Shown: positions 39,290-47,930 of the stretch, in pieces
Layout of the letters: each line of letters starts with the position of its first letter
Numbering within the stretch: position 1 is the stretch's first letter
NCBI GenBank assembly: GCA_964618725.1
Contig: CAZUBK010000003.1
Coordinates: 81,018 to 145,017, forward strand
Source: an uncultured Pseudomonadales bacterium
GTDB lineage: Bacteria; Patescibacteriota; Microgenomatia; UBA1400; Chazhemtobacteraceae
Length of the DNA stretch: 64,000 nt
Reading direction: 5' to 3'
The notes under the pieces: model-generated
Seen by the model: only the letters and a program-made list of their open reading frames with translations
Database searches by the model: none
What the model was told of the DNA's origin: nothing
Made by a program: the position numbers and the translations under genes

Positions 39290-40252
39290 ATGCTCCCATC
39301 CTTAACAAAACTCGGCCAACTGTCTCGTCAATCAATCATTATCAAAACTCTTCGTCGACTCCTTCCCACCCTTATTGGCCTTTTTATCATTGGCACTTTT
39401 CTCCAAACCAATCCCAAGCTTGCTGTCCAGTTTACTAATCAACTACTTGAGAAATTAGGTCTTTCCTCTCAACTCCCGCTCACACAAACTGATTACTTCA
39501 AAGAAATAAACGACTATCGTCAAGACAACTCCAAATCATCTCTTTCTCACACTACTACTCTTGACTCACTCGCACACATCCTTGCCCTCTCCACCGCCAA
39601 CACCAATGATCTAACCCCCCAAATAACCCTCGATCAGGCGGCCGGAATCGTCGGTTTCAATTTTTCCTCTCTCGAATCACTTATCTTCATCTCCCCCACC
39701 TTCAGTGTCACCAACAGTTGGTTAACTGAAAACCAAGACACTCTTCTCAATCCCAAATTTACTCAAATTGGCCTCAGTAGTCTTACCATCACCCAAGATC
39801 AACAGGAACAACTTTTAACCGTCGTTGTCCTGGCCAATCCTTCTTCTAGTCAATCAAGTAATCTGCCTAAAAAGACAACTCAAAACTACTACACCGGCGT
39901 TGAACTTTGGAACGAAATTCAGAAATACCGCACAGAACACGGCGTTCCCGAATTCAGACAGGACATCACTCTTTGCACTATCGCCTCAATTAGACTTAAT
40001 CAACTCATCGAACTCGGCAAACTCGACAACCACGACGGCTTCGCCCCGCTCGTCGATCAATTCCGTAACGACGGTCGCCTTATCCACACCAACATCGCTG
40101 AGAATATTCTCACTGGCTATTCCACCCCTGCCTCAGCCGTTACTGCTTGGGATGGCTCCCCGGGACATCAATCACTTCTCAAAGATGGTGCTTATGTCTT
40201 CGCTTGCACCGCCGCCAATCATGGCTTCGCCGTATTAGTCGCCGCTTTTTAA
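39290..40252 (+). CDS. CAP/SCP-domain exported protein (two CAP-like domains)
   Basis: TM anchor; INDYR, IQKYR, AENI, AWDGSPGH. Confidence 0.8.
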   Translation: MLPSLTKLGQLSRQSIIIKTLRRLLPTLIGLFIIGTFLQTNPKLAVQFTNQLLEKLGLSSQLPLTQTDYFKEINDYRQDNSKSSLSHTTTLDSLAHILALSTANTNDLTPQITLDQAAGIVGFNFSSLESLIFISPTFSVTNSWLTENQDTLLNPKFTQIGLSSLTITQDQQEQLLTVVVLANPSSSQSSNLPKKTTQNYYTGVELWNEIQKYRTEHGVPEFRQDITLCTIASIRLNQLIELGKLDNHDGFAPLVDQFRNDGRLIHTNIAENILTGYSTPASAVTAWDGSPGHQSLLKDGAYVFACTAANHGFAVLVAAF

Positions 40253-40281
40253 ATTGTTTAGAAGCCTGCTAAACTGAAATC

Positions 40282-41064
40282 GTGACCTGCCCCTACTGTT
40301 CCACCCCTCTTAGTCCAACGGAAGTCCATACCAAATCCGATCAAATCGGAGAGATTCATGAGTGTTTCAACTGTGGTGGCCACTGGTTTCCTCGTTGGCT
40401 CGCCAATGATATTACCATCAGTGAAGCCAGCAACGTTGACGCCATCACCCCCACAACTGTGGTACAGTCTCCATCCCAACCACGTTGCCCTGTTTGTCAA
40501 ACCCGCCTCGCTCTCATCGCTCATGATCCAGTTCCTCGTGGCATCACCGTCTTTACTTGCCCGCAAGGGCATGGTAATTTTTTTCCCAAAGGACAACTCC
40601 TTCAATTCAAAAAGGCCCAGGACGCCAAGATCACCTATCATACCCTTTGGGGCATCCCACTTAAATCTATTTTCTCCGTCATGCTCCCAGTTGTTGCCGT
40701 CCTTACCATTGTCAGCGGCCTTCCTCTATTAGTTAGCCAACTCCAAGAGGCCACCCAAGAGACCAGAACCAAGGCCTCCTCACTCCATTCTCGTCCCATC
40801 GTTACTCAAATTAATCCAAGTGATGTCATCATTTCTTTTACTTCTCAAACCTCCTTAATCACTTCTGTCTCTCTTTATGAAGATAACCAACTACTTCTTA
40901 CGCAAATCATTTCTAGTTCCCCCCAAACCACTCATCAAATTATTCTCCGCGATCTAAATAGTAACTTTCCCTACAACTTCGTCATCAACTCTACCAATCC
41001 AAGCAATCAACAAACCATCACCAGCGAACGTTACCCAATTATCTTCACCCAAAAGAAACCATGA
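40282..41064 (+). CDS. Zn-ribbon (zf-TFIIB-like) membrane protein
   Basis: CPYC..CFNCGGHW, CPVC..CPQGHG; one TM; C-terminal FN3-like region. Confidence 0.75.
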   Translation: MTCPYCSTPLSPTEVHTKSDQIGEIHECFNCGGHWFPRWLANDITISEASNVDAITPTTVVQSPSQPRCPVCQTRLALIAHDPVPRGITVFTCPQGHGNFFPKGQLLQFKKAQDAKITYHTLWGIPLKSIFSVMLPVVAVLTIVSGLPLLVSQLQEATQETRTKASSLHSRPIVTQINPSDVIISFTSQTSLITSVSLYEDNQLLLTQIISSSPQTTHQIILRDLNSNFPYNFVINSTNPSNQQTITSERYPIIFTQKKP

Positions 41065-42233
41065 ACAAATCTCAATTTACCCACCACTTCTCTTTCTATA
41101 TCATGGGCGGCTTCGGCCACATCAAGCCGGCCCAAGCCCTAGCGGAACAATTCGGGAAACTAGGTCTCAACAGCCGTGCCTATGACCCAGCATCAACTGA
41201 TGGTACCCCCCATCACGAATCGGCCAACGTCTACAATTTCTTAGTCCGTTCTCCTTTATTGCTTCCCTTTTGGAATCTCCTTACTCGTCATGATCTTCTT
41301 CCTGCTTGGTTTTTCCAACCCGTCCACGTCCTCGAAGTTTTCTTTAGTCGCCACATCATTCACCGACTTCGTCAAGTTGTTCAGGAACCAGACAAGACCA
41401 TCTTCACCGCCACCCATTTTACCCCCGCCCTACTCGCCGCCAAAGCCTTCCCCCAACAAACCGTTTTTCTCTACGTTACCGACATTCACCCTCACGGTCT
41501 TTGGCGGATTCTTCCCAAAAATGTTCACTATCTTGCCCCGATGGAAGAAACAAAAATCGATCTGATGCGTTATGGCGTCCCCACCGACCGAATCAGTATT
41601 GCCAGTTTTCCAATCCACAATGAAATTATCAAAGACAACTCCTCCCGCTTTAAACACCGACTCACCGTCTTGAAAAGAAGAAACCCCCGCCGCATCGATG
41701 TCTTAATCGTCTCCGGCGGAGCTGGCACGGGTAGGGGTGAGATGCACCGCCTCCTCAAAAAATTTGCCCATCCTGCCAAAACACAGCAGGTTCGCCTCAC
41801 TTTTCTTGTTAGCACCCCCGAACTGAAAAACGACCTTATCTCCTACTGTACTCAAATCGAAACTCACAAAAAGGAAGTCTTTATCGACAACTACACCCCA
41901 GAATCTCTCTATCAAGCCTTCTCCAAAGCCGAAATCGTCATTACCAAAGCCGGCGGCGACATTACTTTCGAAGCCCTTGCCGAAGGACTTCCCGTCTATA
42001 CTCTTAATGATATAGGCGATCACGAACGTCTAAACCGCCAATATTTAGAACTAATCGGTGCTAGCAAACCCCTCTTCTTAAGCCAGGAACCTTGGCAACT
42101 CATCCTCAGTGATATCTTAAGCGGAGATATCCTGCTCCTCACCAAGGCTTCCCACAAAGCCGGAGAGATCCATCGCCAGTCCACCGCCCCCCAAACTATC
42201 CTTAAGATACTCACCACAAAAAATGCTCTCTAA
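41061..42233 (+). CDS. GT-B glycosyltransferase (MGDG synthase/UgtP-like)
   Basis: GGFGH, ATHF, YVTD, SGGAG, ITKAGG, HERLN. Confidence 0.8.
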   Translation: MNKSQFTHHFSFYIMGGFGHIKPAQALAEQFGKLGLNSRAYDPASTDGTPHHESANVYNFLVRSPLLLPFWNLLTRHDLLPAWFFQPVHVLEVFFSRHIIHRLRQVVQEPDKTIFTATHFTPALLAAKAFPQQTVFLYVTDIHPHGLWRILPKNVHYLAPMEETKIDLMRYGVPTDRISIASFPIHNEIIKDNSSRFKHRLTVLKRRNPRRIDVLIVSGGAGTGRGEMHRLLKKFAHPAKTQQVRLTFLVSTPELKNDLISYCTQIETHKKEVFIDNYTPESLYQAFSKAEIVITKAGGDITFEALAEGLPVYTLNDIGDHERLNRQYLELIGASKPLFLSQEPWQLILSDILSGDILLLTKASHKAGEIHRQSTAPQTILKILTTKNAL

Positions 42234-42254
42234 CTCTCATCGAGAGTCTCCCGT

Positions 42255-42530
42255 TCAGCTATAAACCAGCTCGAGCAGCTTTTCTACGTCGACAGCTTCA
42301 TCCTCTACTTCTCTCTCTAAACCAAACTCATCCATTAGCGCCTCGATTATCTCTTGTTTGAATCCCTTCTCCCACAACGTCTCTTCCATTTTTTCAATTT
42401 CCACCTCAAAACCCAATAGGGGGCATTTTAGTTTTCCCTTTTTCAAGTCAAACATAAGGCTACCAGATCCTACATATCTCTGTTCTTGATTTCTCCAGTA
42501 CCTAGAAATGGCCCCATTCTCACAATTCAT
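42255..42530 (-). CDS. Hypothetical protein
   Basis: ORF filling the gap; probable start MNCENG with GGGAG RBS. Confidence 0.55.
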   Translation of the reverse strand: MNCENGAISRYWRNQEQRYVGSGSLMFDLKKGKLKCPLLGFEVEIEKMEETLWEKGFKQEIIEALMDEFGLEREVEDEAVDVEKLLELVYS

Positions 42531-42630
42531 CTCCCTACCATAGACCAAAAAAACTATCACAATCTCTCATAAACTCCCTCACCTTCTGCATTCTTGACGT
42601 CTCTTCTTTCCAAGCGCTATTATTCTCTCG

Positions 42631-43062
42631 ATGACTACTTCTCTAAAAATCAATCGTCTCATCTTTTTCCTCAGTCTCCTTGGCGTCCTTATCGCCATCT
42701 ATGTTCTTCAAAGTTTTCTACGTGATGCCCCCATCATCTGCGTCAACTCAGGTTGTGAGCTCGTCCGTAAAAGCCCCGCCAGCTACATACTTAGTATCCC
42801 CGTTCCCGCCTTTGGTCTAATTGGTTACTCGCTCATTACCATCCTCTCATTTATACGAACAGTAAAAGATAGTCCCAAATTGCCGATAGCCATTCTTAGC
42901 ATCTCCATTTTCGGTGTTCTTTTTGTCTCCTGGTTTACCTACACCGAGTTCTTCATCATCAAGGCCTTCTGCACTTGGTGCCTCATTTCTGCTATAATTA
43001 TGGTTACTATCTTTCTTCTCTCACTTAGAAGTCTCCAATATAAAAATGAACCTAACCTCTGA
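42631..43062 (+). CDS. Vitamin K epoxide reductase (VKOR) family protein
   Basis: CVNSGCELVRKS, FCTWC, four TM helices; TTGACG-18-TATTAT promoter. Confidence 0.9.
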   Translation: MTTSLKINRLIFFLSLLGVLIAIYVLQSFLRDAPIICVNSGCELVRKSPASYILSIPVPAFGLIGYSLITILSFIRTVKDSPKLPIAILSISIFGVLFVSWFTYTEFFIIKAFCTWCLISAIIMVTIFLLSLRSLQYKNEPNL

Positions 43063-43675
43063 ATCAAAATTCCTCTTCGGTATTACTGCCGCCACCTTGG
43101 CAATTGTCGCCATTGGACTATTTGCCTTTTCTAATAAGGGCGCCACTCTTTCCTCTATCCCCACCCTCTCCCGTCAAGAATTAGTTCTCGGCGACTCCAC
43201 CTCTCGTGGCAATAAAGAGGCCGAACACTTCCTTGTCGAGTTCTCTGACTTCCAATGCCCCGCTTGTAAGGCCTTTAAGCCCGTTGTTGATCAATTGATC
43301 TCTCAATATGTTGACAAGCTCTCCTTCACCTATCGTCATTTCCCCCTCGATCAACACCCAGCCGCTCTTCCCGCCGCTATAGCCGCTGAGGCCGCCGCCA
43401 AACAAGGCAAGTTCTGGGAGATGTATGATCTGCTTTTTGAAAACCAAGAAACTCTTTCAGAGGAAACCGTCATCAAGCTAGCTGAGAACCTTCCACTTAA
43501 CATGGATCAATACAGAACCGACTCCGCTGCTGCCAAAGAAGAAGTCCTTCAAGACCGCTCTTACGGCCTCCAGATTGGCATCAACTCCACCCCCACCTTC
43601 TATCTTGACGGCAAGAAACTCATCCTCAACAACCCAGCTGACCTAAAAATTGCAGTCGATAAACTCTTTCAATAA
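43046..43675 (+). CDS. DsbA-family thiol-disulfide oxidoreductase
   Basis: FSDFQCPAC, YRHFPL, GKFWEM, STPTF. Confidence 0.92.
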   Translation: MNLTSESKFLFGITAATLAIVAIGLFAFSNKGATLSSIPTLSRQELVLGDSTSRGNKEAEHFLVEFSDFQCPACKAFKPVVDQLISQYVDKLSFTYRHFPLDQHPAALPAAIAAEAAAKQGKFWEMYDLLFENQETLSEETVIKLAENLPLNMDQYRTDSAAAKEEVLQDRSYGLQIGINSTPTFYLDGKKLILNNPADLKIAVDKLFQ

Positions 43676-44752
43676 CTTACCCCCATCAACTTTTCGTCCA
43701 CTTTTCTCATCAGACTTCTAATTTCCTTCTTCACGTTGAAACTGCTGGCATGCTTCAAAACTCCAAGATATGAATCCATCGAAGCTAATAAAGATTCTTT
43801 CTCCATCATTCCAAGCTCATATCCTTCTACTTTATTTTTCAATTTTCGTAGCATCCTTATTTTGGTTTTAATCCTGACAATCTTGTGATGCGGAAATATC
43901 ACATACCCCAAAAAATCGATTCCCTGCGTATATTTCCTAATTGTTACCTTCCCAGGATGCAGATTAAGCCTTAATTTTTCTCGCAAGAAAACACCTACTT
44001 GCTCTTTCCACTCAATCAACTCTTCTTCTGAAGAAGACAACATAATAAAGTCATCAGTGTAGCGATAATAATATCGAACCCTAAGTTTGTGCTTAACAAA
44101 TTGATCCAACTCATTCATGTAAATATTGGCAAATAATTGTGAAGTCAGATTGCCAATTGGAATTCCCTGCCGAAACTTTTTACTCTCTCTCTCTCTCTCT
44201 CTCTCTTGCCAATCCATGACTGTTAACCACCTGCTCCAACAATCTCAAAACTTTTTCATCATTTATTTTCCTTTCCAAAATCGCCATCAAGATGTCTTGA
44301 TCCACACTTTGGAAGAACTTTTTGATATCACACTTAAGGGCAAAACAGACTCTGGTGTTGTTCGTACTCACTTTTCCTAATCCTGTACTTAAGGAAGAAA
44401 TCCCTTTATGAACTCCTTTCCCCATCCGACATGAAAAAGAGTTTGCCATAAAAGTGGAGTCAAATATTGGACTTAAGGTGCAAAATAAAGCGTGGTGTAG
44501 AACTCTGTCTCGTACCGTTGCCTTGTGAATTAACCTCTGTTTAGGATCCTTAATGTAAAATGGCACATATTTACCATGCGCATATCTACCTGCAAGTAAG
44601 TCCCTATGCAAAGCAAAAAGGTTCTCCTCAAGCCTGAATTCAAAACGCCTTACATCTTTTTTTCTCGTTTTCCCAATCTTAAATTGCTCCCACGCAGCCA
44701 GGAGACTCGGCAGAGAAGTCACTTTCTCGAATAAGTTCGTATATACTTTCAT
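43669..44752 (-). pseudogene. DGR reverse transcriptase, frameshifted at an (AG)12 tract (N part 44752-44180, C part about 44206-43669)
   Basis: N part: DPKQRLI, RDRVLHHAL, SFSCRMGKGVH, KCDIKKFFQSVD; C part: GIPIGNLTSQLFANIY, RYTDDF, IDFLGY; about 361 aa if one AG unit is added. Confidence 0.9.
44183..44206 (-). repeat. Perfect dinucleotide SSR (AG)12 [(CT)12 on +]
   Basis: 24 bp, encodes RERERERE immediately followed by TAA in the upstream RT frame. Confidence 0.95.
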
Positions 44753-44755
44753 CCT

Positions 44756-45106
44756 ATGAATGAGTTTGATCTTCCTATTTTCAAGAAAGTCTACGACCTC
44801 TACAAAGTTTTTCATAGCTATCGAAAAACCATACCCAAACAAGATCGTCATACCCTTTGGCAAAGAGCAGATACTATCATTCTCGACATGCTTGAAACAA
44901 TAATGACTGCTGTCAACCTCCCTAAAAACCACAAGCTTCCATTTTTGGAAAAAACCAACGCCAAACTAAGCATCTTGAAAATCTTGTTTAGACTCTCCTA
45001 CGAAACCAAGGTAATAGATGACCGAAAGTATCTCACCTTGCAAGAACACCTTAATGAAATAGGCAAAATGCTCGGTGGCTGGATTAAAGCCAGCCGAGCA
45101 ATCTAA
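44756..45106 (+). CDS. avd: DGR accessory variability determinant (Avd, four-helix bundle)
   Basis: LPIFKKVYDLY..PKQDRHTL..LFRL..EIGKMLGGWIK; 116 aa, basic; TATACT 8 nt before ATG. Confidence 0.9.
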   Translation: MNEFDLPIFKKVYDLYKVFHSYRKTIPKQDRHTLWQRADTIILDMLETIMTAVNLPKNHKLPFLEKTNAKLSILKILFRLSYETKVIDDRKYLTLQEHLNEIGKMLGGWIKASRAI

Positions 45107-45123
45107 ACCTAAGAAGGAGACTT

Positions 45124-45231
45124 CCGGCGGGCAACGCCAAGGTCGGAGAGGCGGTTGGAATCCCAGTTGTTGTTGACGTTGACCTGACCCTCGTTGACGC
45201 CTACATTGCAGCGGTTGCCATCGGAGTCAAC
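45124..45231 (-). repeat. DGR template repeat (TR)
   Basis: 108 bp, non-coding, 23 adenines on the minus strand including 8 AAY codons; 95/108 identical to VR. Confidence 0.95.
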
Positions 45232-45464
45232 CTAATTTTTGCCTACTTCCATCCTGTATCACCGGAGGTCGATAAACTCTTCCTCTTGAATTTAATTTCG
45301 AAGCAAGTCCAAAAGACTACCTTCTGAGGGAGTAGACAAGCAGTTCCCTCCTTTCTTTTTCACTCTCTATTATGATCCGTAAATCACAATACTCTGGTCC
45401 TATTAAAGACAGTGGTTCTGCGAAACCAAAGCCGTACTCTGATTCACATCTGCAGAACAAATTC

Positions 45465-45473
45465 ATAATACCA
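45465..45473 (-). promoter_or_regulatory. Putative extended -10 promoter for the TR RNA
   Basis: TG-G-TATTAT just past the target-gene hairpin, about 230 nt upstream of TR. Confidence 0.5.
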
Positions 45474-45487
45474 AATCAAAAAAGAAA

Positions 45488-45513
45488 GTCCCGCTTACAA
45501 TTGTAAGCGGGAC
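45488..45513 (-). terminator. Perfect 26-bp palindrome downstream of VR (DGR cruciform and/or terminator)
   Basis: GTCCCGCTTACAA|TTGTAAGCGGGAC, 17 nt past the target stop, followed by a T tract on the minus strand. Confidence 0.85.
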
Positions 45514-45530
45514 AAAAAAGAAACAAAAAA

Positions 45531-46310
45531 TCAAGAGGTCAAGCCAAGGAACTGCCGGCGGGCAACGCCAAGGCCGGAGAGGCGGCAGGAACCCCAGCTG
45601 AAGCTGACGTAGACCTGACCCTCGATGACGCCTACAACGCAGCGGTTGCCACCGGAGTCAACGTCACGGCAACGAAGATAGTTGCTGAACAACTCGCCGT
45701 GCCCTAAGGCCAAATAGCCCGCAGCCGCGTAGGCCAGCTCAACAACTAGCGAGACTTGGAATCCAGCCTCATCGACAGCCTTCTCTTGGTCAAGCCAAAT
45801 CATGTTGGTTGAGTCAGGGAGAGCACCAATGAGATAGTAGCCCGGTTCTGAGTAGTTAACCTCCGAAAAAAGCTCTCGTTCTTCCCGACGAAGATACCAA
45901 TTGCTTGGATACAGATAGCGTGGCGCTGCTTTTTCCCGAAGCTGAACCTGATTCAGTCTTGGTATCGCTGCCAAACATAAACCATCATCCCTAGCTTCTT
46001 CAAGACTACCCTCTCCGCACGGAACCAATCCGTACCGAGCAATCTCAATTTTAGAAAGGCGGATTCCCAGCTTGCTGGCCACCTCAATCCCAATTGCTTT
46101 CTTCCCCATGATCTTGGCAGCGCGTGCCCAGGTCACAGAAGAAGTAGAAATCCCCTTCCAGTGCGAGATCACATCACGCCTTTTGTTCGGATCATCAATC
46201 ATTCTCTGGAGATCATCCAACGTGATTCCCATCTCCTCAGCTCGCCGAAACCATTCGCTCAGCGTGCCAACTATCTGACTTGGAGATTTACCTTGGTTCG
46301 CGATATTCAT
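45531..46310 (-). CDS. DGR target protein with C-terminal variable (CLec-like) region
   Basis: C-terminus VDSGGNRCVVGVIEGQVYVSFSWGSCRLSGLGVARRQ is encoded by VR; probable start MNIANQ after GAGGTG RBS. Confidence 0.9.
   Translation of the reverse strand: MNIANQGKSPSQIVGTLSEWFRRAEEMGITLDDLQRMIDDPNKRRDVISHWKGISTSSVTWARAAKIMGKKAIGIEVASKLGIRLSKIEIARYGLVPCGEGSLEEARDDGLCLAAIPRLNQVQLREKAAPRYLYPSNWYLRREERELFSEVNYSEPGYYLIGALPDSTNMIWLDQEKAVDEAGFQVSLVVELAYAAAGYLALGHGELFSNYLRCRDVDSGGNRCVVGVIEGQVYVSFSWGSCRLSGLGVARRQFLGLTS
45555..45662 (-). repeat. DGR variable repeat (VR)
   Basis: 13 substitutions relative to TR, all at TR adenines; GC-rich 3' end GGCGTTGCCCGCCGG. Confidence 0.95.
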
Positions 46311-46381
46311 CGCACACCTCTTCCTTTTTTGAGATATTTGTATCCCGAATGCGGGACTCAGTTGCATTAATGTGCCTGCCT

Positions 46382-46410
46382 AGTATACCAAAGGAACAAA
46401 CCAAAGTCAA
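46382..46410 (-). promoter_or_regulatory. Near-consensus sigma70 promoter of the DGR target gene
   Basis: TTGACT-17 nt-TATACT with extended TG. Confidence 0.75.
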
Positions 46411-46446
46411 CTATAGGATCAACATCAGCCTCATATTTTCCCCTTT

Positions 46447-46737
46447 CTATTTAACCAAGTATCTCTTTACCTGCTTCTCCACTTCTTCTCGAACCGACAC
46501 ACACGCCTGTACCAAGCTCTCGTTAGCCGATTTAGCAAAGATGTGTTCCGCCAATAGTTGCATATCAAATCTGACCTCAAACCCCCATCGACTCCGTTTT
46601 TCAATTCTGACATCCGCCTCTTTCTGATCCTCGTTCACGTGACCAAGTAATAAATCTAAAGACGAAAACTTTTCCGCCACCTCCTCCTTCTCTGCGTCAC
46701 TGGGGTCATAACCCTTCCACGATATCTGTATTCTCAT
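46447..46737 (-). CDS. HPF/RaiA-family ribosome-associated protein
   Basis: MRIQIS..EKFSSLD..FDMQL..IFAKS..EEVEKQVKRY pattern, 96 aa. Confidence 0.72.
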   Translation of the reverse strand: MRIQISWKGYDPSDAEKEEVAEKFSSLDLLLGHVNEDQKEADVRIEKRSRWGFEVRFDMQLLAEHIFAKSANESLVQACVSVREEVEKQVKRYLVK

Positions 46738-46797
46738 TCACTCCAATATACAAACTCACCGCCATCGTTGTAAACTAAGAGGTAATTTGATGCCTGA

Positions 46798-46836
46798 CAA
46801 CAAAATTCTTGAAGTGTGAGCGTTAAATGAAATATG
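46798..46836 (+). repeat. Dispersed 39-bp repeat, copy 2; ends in the ung start codon
   Basis: CAACAAAATTCTTGAAGTGTGAGCGTTAAATGAAATATG; 36/39 identical to 22044-22082. Confidence 0.8.
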
Positions 46837-47496
46837 GATGTCAAAATAGAGCCATCTTGGAAACAAGCCCTCCAAAACGAATTCAACAAACCTTACTTCG
46901 AGGCTCTCGCCAACTTTGTCAAATATGAATATCTCACCAATACCGTCTACCCCCCCGGCCGCTTCATTTTCAACGCCTTCAACTCTTGCCCTTTTGACCA
47001 AGTCAAGGTCGTCATTCTAGGTCAAGATCCTTATCACGGCCCCAAGCAAGCCCACGGGCTGTCTTTTTCCGTTCCCGAAGGCATCTCTCTCCCCCCTTCA
47101 CTTCAAAACATCTACAAGGAAATTCACTCCGACCTAAGTCAGCCCATTTCTAAAACCGGAGATCTAACTCGCTGGGCCAAGCAAGGCGTCCTTCTCCTCA
47201 ATGCCACTCTCACTGTCAAAGCTAACCAGGCTGCTTCACATCAGAATCAGGGCTGGGAAGCTTTCACCGACGCCGTTATTAAAACTCTTTCCGACCAAAG
47301 ACGGCATCTCGTCTTTCTCCTCTGGGGCGGCTACGCCAAAAAAAAGGTTCTCTTAATTGATCTCAAAAAACACTTCATTTTGACCGCCGCCCACCCCTCC
47401 CCTCTTTCTGCCCATAACGGCTTCTTTGGCAGCAAGCCCTTCAGTCAAACCAATCAATACCTTAAATCCCATCACTTAGAACCGATCAATTGGTAA
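46834..47496 (+). CDS. ung: Uracil-DNA glycosylase (family 1)
   Basis: GQDPYH, PPSLQNI, GVLLLN, HPSPLS. Confidence 0.97.
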   Translation: MDVKIEPSWKQALQNEFNKPYFEALANFVKYEYLTNTVYPPGRFIFNAFNSCPFDQVKVVILGQDPYHGPKQAHGLSFSVPEGISLPPSLQNIYKEIHSDLSQPISKTGDLTRWAKQGVLLLNATLTVKANQAASHQNQGWEAFTDAVIKTLSDQRRHLVFLLWGGYAKKKVLLIDLKKHFILTAAHPSPLSAHNGFFGSKPFSQTNQYLKSHHLEPINW

Positions 47497-47519
47497 CCAC
47501 TAAATTTTGTTCTTCCCTG

Positions 47520-47921
47520 TCAATCAATTAACTTTCTTTCTTCTAACACTGTTCGTGTCAACAACATCGGCAGTAGTACGAATAAACTGAATAACAACCC
47601 CCAGAGAGATCGATTGGCTAGACTCAATCCCACAAAGGTCGACTCTATCCCTAAATACATCGGATGCCTGACTAAACTATATAGCCCACCTGTCACCCGC
47701 TTTTTCTTTCCCGGCAGTATCCCAAAAGCCGATCTCAAATACCAGTAACTTAGTCCCCACAACACTATTCCAACCAAAACTAATAACAAACTCATTCCTC
47801 TTACGATGTCAGAGACGATCAGTCCGCCTGACCTACTTATCAACCACAAATTGATTCCATATATCAACGGCACACAAAGCATCAGGTAGAACTCCCCTAT
47901 CTCTTTCAGATTAATTTTCAC
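47520..47921 (-). CDS. ICMT/PEMT-family membrane methyltransferase
   Basis: VTGGLYSLVRHPMYLG, EERKL. Confidence 0.85.
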   Translation of the reverse strand: MKINLKEIGEFYLMLCVPLIYGINLWLISRSGGLIVSDIVRGMSLLLVLVGIVLWGLSYWYLRSAFGILPGKKKRVTGGLYSLVRHPMYLGIESTFVGLSLANRSLWGLLFSLFVLLPMLLTRTVLEERKLID

Positions 47922-47930
47922 TCTTTCAGT

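Larger units (their letters stand above)
43669..46410 (-). mobile_element. Diversity-generating retroelement (target-TR-[avd antisense]-RT)
   Basis: DGR-type RT, Avd-like protein, TR/VR pair with adenine-only mismatches, palindrome after VR. Confidence 0.95.

Noticed and set aside
44176-44182. -1 ribosomal slippery site after the AG tract
   Set aside because: TAAAAAG has only five A's and begins with the stop codon; the shift required is +1 (or -2), not -1
43669-44932. RT as a group II intron, retron or CRISPR-associated RT
   Set aside because: Short length, GNLTSQ motif, adjacent Avd and an A-specific TR/VR pair identify a DGR RT; no maturase or HNH domain and no cas genes
44753-44932. ORF-track N-terminal extension of the RT
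   Set aside because: It lies antisense to avd and RT-like sequence starts at MKVYTNLFEK (44752); treated as a shadow frame
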